A stretch of DNA of 51,093 bases, from assembly GCA_964399915.1 (NCBI GenBank), contig CAYNRN010000001.1, forward strand, positions 57,646-108,738, given 5' to 3'. The notes below the pieces were generated by a model that had not been told where the DNA came from, did no database searches, and worked only from the letters and a program-made list of their open reading frames with translations. The DNA comes from an uncultured Planctomycetales bacterium (lineage in GTDB: Bacteria; Omnitrophota; Gorgyraeia; Gygaellales; Profunditerraquicolaceae). Numbering within the stretch: position 1 is the stretch's first letter; the number at the start of each line of letters is the position of its first letter. A program made the translations under genes and the position numbers. This document shows, one piece after another, positions 45,349 through 51,093 of this stretch.

Positions 45349-46089
45349 ATGGACTATAAATTCCAAAGAAGACGAGTAGATAAGATATCGAGGGAAAAGA
45401 TTATTGATGAACTCAAGATGGTTGCAAAGCATTTTGGATATAAAGATTATAAGCGCAGGGATTTTGATAAGATTTCAACCATAAGCGGGAATACGGTTAT
45501 TCGTGAGTTTGGCACATGGGAAAAAGCATTAGAATTTCTTAGAAACCTCCTTCAATCGCAGGGGATTGAACTTAAATCAAGCAATAGAAGGAGCAGAAAA
45601 CAATTTACTGAACAGAAACTTTTCGATGAGATGGAAAGAATTTGGCAATCTCTAGGACACAGGCCATCAACAGGAGAGTGGAAGCTTTTGAAACCCAAAA
45701 TTAGTAGTAATACCTATATGCGTTATTTTGAAGGATGGCAGAATGCTTGTCTAAAGTTTATCGAATACAAAATGGGCAATCAAATTCTTACTGATGAAGA
45801 AATATCTAATTCTAATGAGATAACAGCCAATAATGTAAACGGAAAAACAACGAAAAGTGAAAAAGGGTCCAGAACAATCGGCGCAGGTCTGCGATTGAAA
45901 ATCTTAGATAGAGACAATTTTCGTTGCATTCTTTGTGGAAGGAGCCCTGCAACCGAGATAGGAGTTAGACTCCATATTGATCACAAGGTTCCATTTTCTC
46001 AAGGCGGTCAGAGCACTATTGATAATTTGCAGACGCTATGTCAAGACTGTAACTGGGGAAAAAGCGATACTTTGTTGACGAACCGATGA
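45349..46089 (+). CDS. HNH endonuclease with two N-terminal HNH-associated repeats
   Basis: C-terminal CILCGRS...HIDHKVPFSQGGQSTIDNLQTLCQDCNWGKS (beta-beta-alpha-Me with a zinc CxxC pair). Two repeats of about 55 aa end in FGTWEKALEFL and FEGWQNACLKF. Confidence 0.8.
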   Translation: MDYKFQRRRVDKISREKIIDELKMVAKHFGYKDYKRRDFDKISTISGNTVIREFGTWEKALEFLRNLLQSQGIELKSSNRRSRKQFTEQKLFDEMERIWQSLGHRPSTGEWKLLKPKISSNTYMRYFEGWQNACLKFIEYKMGNQILTDEEISNSNEITANNVNGKTTKSEKGSRTIGAGLRLKILDRDNFRCILCGRSPATEIGVRLHIDHKVPFSQGGQSTIDNLQTLCQDCNWGKSDTLLTNR

Positions 46090-46199
46090 ACGTGCGAGAT
46101 GTTTTTAGTCCTTTGAAATTTTTGAGATTTTCTACAACATCTTCGTTATGAACAAGTTACAAAATGACCGACTCAAATAATCACAAAGCAGGCAAGCGT

Positions 46200-46287
46200 C
46201 TCTACATTGTTACCTACGGATGACCGATGGAAACGTTGCTACAAACCGATTTTACAATTCTTGGAAGGGTTGCATAATAAGAGTTAA
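46200..46287 (+). repeat. intergenic repeat family, copy C
   Basis: Core ACCTACGGATGACCGATGGAAACGTTGCTACAAACCGATTTTACAATTCTTGGAAGGG. The conserved frame reads LLPTDDRWKRCYKPILQFLEGLHNKS. Confidence 0.65.
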
Positions 46288-46348
46288 CCCATTGATTTAT
46301 ATAGCGTTATGAAATAAAACGAAGAAAGAACCGAACGTAAGTGGAAAG

Positions 46349-47149
46349 ATGCCCACAGTCAAGTTAAATGACGTTGTGCTTTATTATGAGATTTACGGTA
46401 ATGGCAGGCCTCTTTTGTTGATTTGTGGTCTGGGCTCTGACTGCTCAAGCTGGTCAGGCGTTGTTAAGGAATTATCGTCATATTTTCAGACGATTATTTT
46501 TGACAACCGCGGCAGCGGACGCAGTAGCATTGGATACGACATATGTACCATCAGCAAAATGGCAGAGGATACAATAGCCCTGATGGATTTCCTAAAGATA
46601 GAAAAAGCCCACATATTGGGCCATTCAATGGGCGGCTATATTGCTTTGGAACTTGCCATAAATTATCCCAGCCGTGTCGATAAGCTCATTTTAGCAAGCA
46701 CTGCATCCGTTTCTTCTAAAAGAAATAATATTCTTTTTGAAAAGATGTACAGTCAGCTTGTAAAAGAAGGGCCTTCTGAGGAGTGGTTTAAAAGATGGAC
46801 TTTTTGGTTGTTTTCTCCCGAAACTTTAAATAACAGCCAGTTTATCGAAACATTCATTAAAAATTCGGTGAAATACCCCTATCTTCAAACCGCTGAAGGT
46901 TTTAAAAGTCAGATAGACGCAATTAAGCTGTTTGATGTGCGTGACAAGTTAGGCGTTATCAAGGCCAAAACCCTAATTCTTGAAGGAAAGGATGATGCCC
47001 TGATTACCCCGGAAGAATCCGGAATATTAGCTAAAAATTTACCCGGAAACACCTTTCGGGTATTAGATGGAGTAGCACATTCTATACATATAGAAAACCC
47101 CAGGTTATTTACAGAGGCTATGATGGGATTCCTTAATTTTGGAAATTAG
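46349..47149 (+). CDS. alpha/beta-fold hydrolase
   Basis: 266 aa with the nucleophile elbow GHSMGG, an oxyanion-region LICGLG, and a C-terminal His in VAHSIHIE. Confidence 0.85.
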   Translation: MPTVKLNDVVLYYEIYGNGRPLLLICGLGSDCSSWSGVVKELSSYFQTIIFDNRGSGRSSIGYDICTISKMAEDTIALMDFLKIEKAHILGHSMGGYIALELAINYPSRVDKLILASTASVSSKRNNILFEKMYSQLVKEGPSEEWFKRWTFWLFSPETLNNSQFIETFIKNSVKYPYLQTAEGFKSQIDAIKLFDVRDKLGVIKAKTLILEGKDDALITPEESGILAKNLPGNTFRVLDGVAHSIHIENPRLFTEAMMGFLNFGN

Positions 47150-47161
47150 GAGGGATATATT

Positions 47162-49225
47162 ATGAAGAAATTACTTTATCTTGCGTATATTTTAGCGCTA
47201 GTATTTTTAAGTCCGCGGACAACTTGTGAGGCCGCTGGGAAGGTAGCCCCAAAAATCTCACAACCGATTTATGAATTCAGTATCCGCAGAGAAAAGCTTT
47301 GCATGCCTGATGGTGTCAAGCTTGCCGTGACATATTTCATACCTGTTGCGAAGAGCAAAGGCGAAAAGTTCCCAGTCCTTCTTAAGATGGACCCTTACCG
47401 TAAGGACGATTTTTTTTACAAGTCGGATTATACAAGGTCCGCTTATTTTGCAAGGCGCGGCTATGTTACGGCGAGAGTGGACGTGAGGGGCACCGGAGGC
47501 AGCGAAGGGATGCTTCCTTCCCGCGAATATTCGGATATCGAACTCGATGATGCGGTAGAGATAATTAATCAACTTTCGAAAAAGCCGTGGTCTAACGGCA
47601 ATGTTGGGATGTACGGAATGTCTTGGAGCGCTTTTAACTCCATAATGACGGCAATGCGCAAACCACCGGCGCTCAAGGCAATCATTGCGATGCATGGTTC
47701 AGAGGATCTTTACTACAACGATATACACTATATAGATGGCGTTATGCATATGGATTATTATGATCAGCAGGTTGATACTGACAATGCCCTTCCGCAAACC
47801 CCGCAATATGCCTTAACAAAAGAGTTTTTTCAGAGCAGATTTGATAGGGAACCTTGGATAATTCAGGAGATTAAACAGCAGAGAGACAGTGAATTCTGGC
47901 GTTCAAAATCGCTTTGTTTTAACAAACCCCTTGAAGTTCCGGCTTATGTAATCGCAGGCCTCCTTGATGGCTACAGGGATTTCGCGCCGTATATTTTTGA
48001 GACATCAAAAGCTCCGGTAAGAATGGAAATAGGGCCGTACAACCATTCTTACCCGAACAAATCAGAAATAGGCCCAAGATACGAATGGAGAGAGACTGCT
48101 GTGCGCTGGTGGGATTATTGGTTGAAAGGGATTGATAATGGTATTTTAGATGAGCCGCGTGTGGTGCTTTTTGTAAGGGCAGGCCATGAACCAATGACAA
48201 TTCTTGATAACACTCCGGGAAGCTGGCGCGCTGAAAATTCTTGGCCCATTGCGGGCACCAAGATTTTGAGATTCTATCCGAATGAGGCGCGCGGCCTAGA
48301 AGAAAAACTCCCGACAGACGCTGAACATTCGCTGATGTATTCTCCTGGTGCAGGAATGGCCGCGGGTGGCTGGTGGGGTGAACTTACCGGTGATATGTCC
48401 GAAGATGATGCCAAAAGCCTTGTCTATGATTCCGGAGAACTTAAAGAAGACATCCAAATAATCGGATGTCCGAAAATCAACTTGAATGTAATCTCTGACG
48501 CGCCTCTTTATCAATGGAGCGTGCGGCTTGAAGATGTTAGGCCGGACGGCAAAGTCTCTTTAGTAAGCGGCGTTCTTATCAATCCGTCGCAACGCAATAG
48601 CCGGTTCAACCCGGAGACGCTCGTTTCCGGCAAAGTTACCAGCCTTTCTGCGCAGATTCATTTTACGACATGGACATTCAAGGCCGGACACAAAATCCGG
48701 CTTGCTATTTCAAATGCGCAGTTCCCCATGGCTTGGCCAACGCCGAAAAAAGGAAGCACAAAGCTTATAATCGGCCCCGGCACGTGGCTTGAAATGCCAA
48801 TTCCGCCTCTGCCGTCGCTTCCTGAACCGGATATGCCAGAGCCAACCGAAGATGAAAATCCGCCGGATTATAAGGATATCTATTCTTTCGGTCCGGTTTT
48901 CTCCGCAACGCGCGACGAGATCTGCGGAATTTCCAGATATACGACGGCCTCTGATTGCGCCTGGTCAATCAAAGATAAAGATTTTGCCAGCAGCGAATTT
49001 TATACTTGGGAAGTCAAGGACAACGAACCTGAGAAGGCATCATATTCCGGAATGAGAAGGAATGTTTTTCAATTACATAATTCAAGCATTGTCCTCTACG
49101 CTGTTTTTGATATCTCCTCGGATGCGGAAAACTTCAAGGTCTCGGTTTCGCGGAGCATCTTTAAGAACGGCAAGCTTATCAGGAGAAAGGAATGGAATGA
49201 GAACATTCCTAGATATTTTCAGTAA
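47162..49225 (+). CDS. secreted CocE/NonD-family (S15, X-Pro dipeptidyl-peptidase-like) hydrolase
   Basis: Signal peptide MKKLLYLAYILALVFLSP. Also DPYRKDD, VDVRGTGGSEG and the nucleophile context GMYGMSWSAF, plus a C-terminal beta-sandwich region. Confidence 0.8.
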   Translation: MKKLLYLAYILALVFLSPRTTCEAAGKVAPKISQPIYEFSIRREKLCMPDGVKLAVTYFIPVAKSKGEKFPVLLKMDPYRKDDFFYKSDYTRSAYFARRGYVTARVDVRGTGGSEGMLPSREYSDIELDDAVEIINQLSKKPWSNGNVGMYGMSWSAFNSIMTAMRKPPALKAIIAMHGSEDLYYNDIHYIDGVMHMDYYDQQVDTDNALPQTPQYALTKEFFQSRFDREPWIIQEIKQQRDSEFWRSKSLCFNKPLEVPAYVIAGLLDGYRDFAPYIFETSKAPVRMEIGPYNHSYPNKSEIGPRYEWRETAVRWWDYWLKGIDNGILDEPRVVLFVRAGHEPMTILDNTPGSWRAENSWPIAGTKILRFYPNEARGLEEKLPTDAEHSLMYSPGAGMAAGGWWGELTGDMSEDDAKSLVYDSGELKEDIQIIGCPKINLNVISDAPLYQWSVRLEDVRPDGKVSLVSGVLINPSQRNSRFNPETLVSGKVTSLSAQIHFTTWTFKAGHKIRLAISNAQFPMAWPTPKKGSTKLIIGPGTWLEMPIPPLPSLPEPDMPEPTEDENPPDYKDIYSFGPVFSATRDEICGISRYTTASDCAWSIKDKDFASSEFYTWEVKDNEPEKASYSGMRRNVFQLHNSSIVLYAVFDISSDAENFKVSVSRSIFKNGKLIRRKEWNENIPRYFQ

Positions 49226-49253
49226 AAAATTTTAATATAGCACAGGGGTAGTA

Positions 49254-50489
49254 ATGAAGTTGCGTTGCTATTTTTGTAAGAAACTTTTTCTTTTAATTTG
49301 CGGGATTTTAATTTGGCTGTATCCTTTCTTATGTTTCGCTGAGGGATTGAGCCCGCTTGAGATATCCGAAGAACGAAGAGAGGATATTGCGCAGGAACCC
49401 AAAGACAGCTGGGTAAAACAGTTCAATTTAATGCGCGATGAATTTGAGAAAAAATACGGCACAGGATTCGCTTTTTTAACCAACTATTGTCAGCAGTTGG
49501 TGCTTCACAATGAAGACCGTGAAGGTAGAAGCTACTATTTATGGTATTCATGGCTTGAGATATATCAAAGGCTCTGGAAAGGCAGCCGGTTATTTTTGCA
49601 ATTGGAGGGTGGGAATAAAAAAGGTATTGATGGATTTATCTCTACCTATTCGAAATTTAACAGTAATTCGGGAGATTACGCACATCCCTATGTCCCCGCG
49701 CTTTATTTTGAGCAGAAACTTTTTGGAGACATAGTTACAATAGAGGCCGGAAAGCTTGATTTGAGCAACTGGTTTGATAATAATAAAGTGGCGAATTCAG
49801 CGGACACGCAATTTCTTTCCACGGCTTTGGTTAATAATTATGTGATCCCCTTTCCTCAGAAAGGAATTGGCGGGATGGTTAAATTTTCGCCTTATGAACA
49901 GGTCTACTTTCAGAGTGGAGCGGGGACAGCAGATGCTCATTCCACCAAAATAGGAATAAGTGATGCGTTCAACAGCACTTTATTCCTTAACGAGTTGGGT
50001 TTTTCTCCTAAAATAGGAAATCAACAAGGGAATTATCGTTTTTTATTGTTTATTCTGCGCAAAAATGCCGCCTTGATAAGCGATGCCTTTCGCAGCAAGA
50101 AAAATCAGCTTGGGTTTGCTATAAGCTTCGACCAGGAAGTTTCCGAAAGAATTACTTTATTCGCGCGTTTCGGCTACGATGATCCTAAGATTAACGAAAT
50201 CGAATACGCGTGGTCTTCCGGTGTAGAGTGTAGAGAGCCGATAGGCGGCCGTAAGAATGATTATTGCGCTTTTGGCGTGGCGCAAAATATATTGGGCCGG
50301 GATTACCGCCGTTACAGCGGGTTAAGCAATATCGCTTCACGAGAGACAATATTGGAAGGATATTATAGTTTCTATATAAATGAATTTCTGAGCGTCACAT
50401 TAGATATGCAGACAGTTTTGGAGCCACTTGCAGATAAAGGGGCTGACAATCCGTTAGCCGCAAGCGCGAGGTTTTTAGTTGTATTTTGA
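49254..50489 (+). CDS. outer-membrane beta-barrel porin (OprB/carbohydrate-porin-like)
   Basis: Signal peptide, alternating beta-strand pattern, aromatic-rich composition and a terminal ...ARFLVVF with C-terminal Phe. Confidence 0.6.
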   Translation: MKLRCYFCKKLFLLICGILIWLYPFLCFAEGLSPLEISEERREDIAQEPKDSWVKQFNLMRDEFEKKYGTGFAFLTNYCQQLVLHNEDREGRSYYLWYSWLEIYQRLWKGSRLFLQLEGGNKKGIDGFISTYSKFNSNSGDYAHPYVPALYFEQKLFGDIVTIEAGKLDLSNWFDNNKVANSADTQFLSTALVNNYVIPFPQKGIGGMVKFSPYEQVYFQSGAGTADAHSTKIGISDAFNSTLFLNELGFSPKIGNQQGNYRFLLFILRKNAALISDAFRSKKNQLGFAISFDQEVSERITLFARFGYDDPKINEIEYAWSSGVECREPIGGRKNDYCAFGVAQNILGRDYRRYSGLSNIASRETILEGYYSFYINEFLSVTLDMQTVLEPLADKGADNPLAASARFLVVF

Positions 50490-50567
50490 TGAACAATAAA
50501 TGGTGATGCTTCAGATGGGTACATGTTAGCAGGGCACAATCTCTGCGATATAATGACTAAAAATAGC

Positions 50568-50652
50568 GTATATGTAAAAACTTTTGGATGGCCGTTGGTG
50601 TCAGTACCGCGATATAATTTTAGGCATTCTAAAGGGGTTAAGTGATTTGTAA
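50568..50652 (+). repeat. intergenic repeat family, copy D (most diverged)
   Basis: Core ACTTTTGGATGGCCGTTGGTGTCAGTACCGCGATATAATTTTAGGCATTCTAAAGGGG. The conserved frame reads KLLDGRWCQYRDIILGILKGLSDL. Confidence 0.55.
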
Positions 50653-50681
50653 TAAGATAGTTATGGCAATTAATACCAAAT

Positions 50682-50709
50682 TTGCAAGTTGATGGCGATG
50701 TACTATAAT
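50682..50709 (+). promoter_or_regulatory. sigma70-like promoter TTGCAA-16 nt-TATAAT upstream of the excisionase-like gene
   Basis: TTGCAA at 50682-87 and TATAAT at 50704-09. Confidence 0.5.
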
Positions 50710-50742
50710 AGGAAGCAATAGGAAACAACGGAAGTCATTAAA

Positions 50743-50923
50743 ATGGCAAAAATTGATACTTATTTAACGGTTCGGGACGTTTCTAAACAGATTGGCCTCA
50801 CTGAACGCAGGGTCAGTATAAGAGCTTATTCGCGAGAAACAGATTAGAGCCACGAAAATTAAACAGTGGCGATTTTTGCCCCGGGATTTGGATCAATTTA
50901 TTAAAAAAAGAACCAACCAATAA
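50743..50923 (+). pseudogene. excisionase/AlpA-type helix-turn-helix gene interrupted by a +1 frameshift
   Basis: Frame 1 reads MAKIDTYLTVRDVSKQIGLTERRVSI and then stops at 50845. The next frame, from 50822, reads ELIREKQIRATKIKQWRFLPRDLDQFIKKRTNQ. Joined, they give a canonical excisionase-family HTH (...LT..RV..LI..G.I.A.KI...WRF...DL..FI). Confidence 0.65.
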
Positions 50924-51019
50924 GATGACACTCGAAACTACAAAATTTACATACCGTTCCTCACTAATCTTCAGGGAAAGTGACTCCAAATATTTTTAAG
51001 TTGTTTTTATTTTAGCATG

Positions 51020-51028
51020 TGGTATAAT
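51020..51028 (+). promoter_or_regulatory. extended -10 element TGgTATAAT near the window end
   Basis: TGGTATAAT at 51020-28, followed by the hairpin AAGGCGA-TGAGGT-TCGCCTT (51037-56). The downstream target lies outside the window. Confidence 0.3.
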
Positions 51029-51093
51029 CAAAATTTAAGGCGATGAGGTTCGCCTTATAACCGCCTAAGAAAGGTTGATAACCTCTACTGGCA

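Noticed and set aside
42747-46223. In an alternative frame, repeat copies A and C have TGA exactly where copies B and D have TGG (G-W-P-M versus G-*-P-M). This suggested TGA recoding (Trp or Sec) or a MiaB/RimO-like N-terminal relic (VYIRTLGWPM).
   Set aside because: TGA is used as an ordinary stop by many confident genes here (polA, MFS, HNH and others). A different frame is open in all four copies and shows better conservative substitutions, and no SECIS-like hairpin follows.
42717-50652. Interpretation of the four repeats as classical integron attC sites.
   Set aside because: There are no consistent RYYYAAC / GTTRRRY core sites and no strong imperfect-palindrome structure across copies. 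No intI integrase or attI is in the window, and some 'cassettes' contain three genes with their own promoters. I kept only the looser term 'cassette-like'.
50924-50998. A 24-codon ORF (MTLETTKFTYRSSLIFRESDSKYF) directly after the excisionase-like gene, considered as a truncated integrase N-terminus.
   Set aside because: It is too short, has no recognisable recombinase motif and has no RBS. It cannot be supported from sequence alone.
1-51093. A search for CRISPR arrays, rRNA, tRNA, tmRNA, RNase P or other large RNA genes.
   Set aside because: There is no regularly spaced direct-repeat array. All intergenic gaps are under 310 nt and none shows a cloverleaf or T-loop (GGTTCGAATCC-type) or rRNA-like sequence. 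GGTTCGCC at 51046 lies within a simple hairpin, not a tRNA.

Overview
About 51 kb from a bacterial, probably Gram-negative-type, uncultivated anaerobe-like genome. Gene density is very high and every confident gene except rpmB is on the + strand. Positions 1-41.7 kb are conserved core: the acsB acetyl-CoA synthase of the Wood-Ljungdahl pathway, polA, glgA, coaE, rho, rpmE, prfA-prmC, murA fused to a trpGDCF-x-BA operon, an M16 peptidase, a CNNM/CBS protein, rsfS, argS, recJ, rpmB, trxA, a split pta plus ackA, and panD-def-lipA-trxB-pckG-purC. Embedded at 24.8-30.2 kb is the module I consider most interesting. It consists of a leaderless ECF sigma factor, a soluble zinc-finger anti-sigma, a membrane-anchored CHAT (caspase-like) protease with TPRs, and a secreted BNR/Asp-box propeller. 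A shared ECF-type promoter motif links the last three genes. From about 42.7 kb the sequence becomes visibly more AT-rich and accessory. Gene modules there (MFS transporter; small protein + pol-beta-type nucleotidyltransferase + HNH nuclease; hydrolase + CocE/NonD peptidase + porin) are each bounded by one copy of a roughly 60-75 nt same-orientation repeat family (4 copies). The region ends in a frameshifted excisionase-like gene. I found no rRNA, tRNA or CRISPR array. All family assignments come from motif recognition by eye, and no database search was run.
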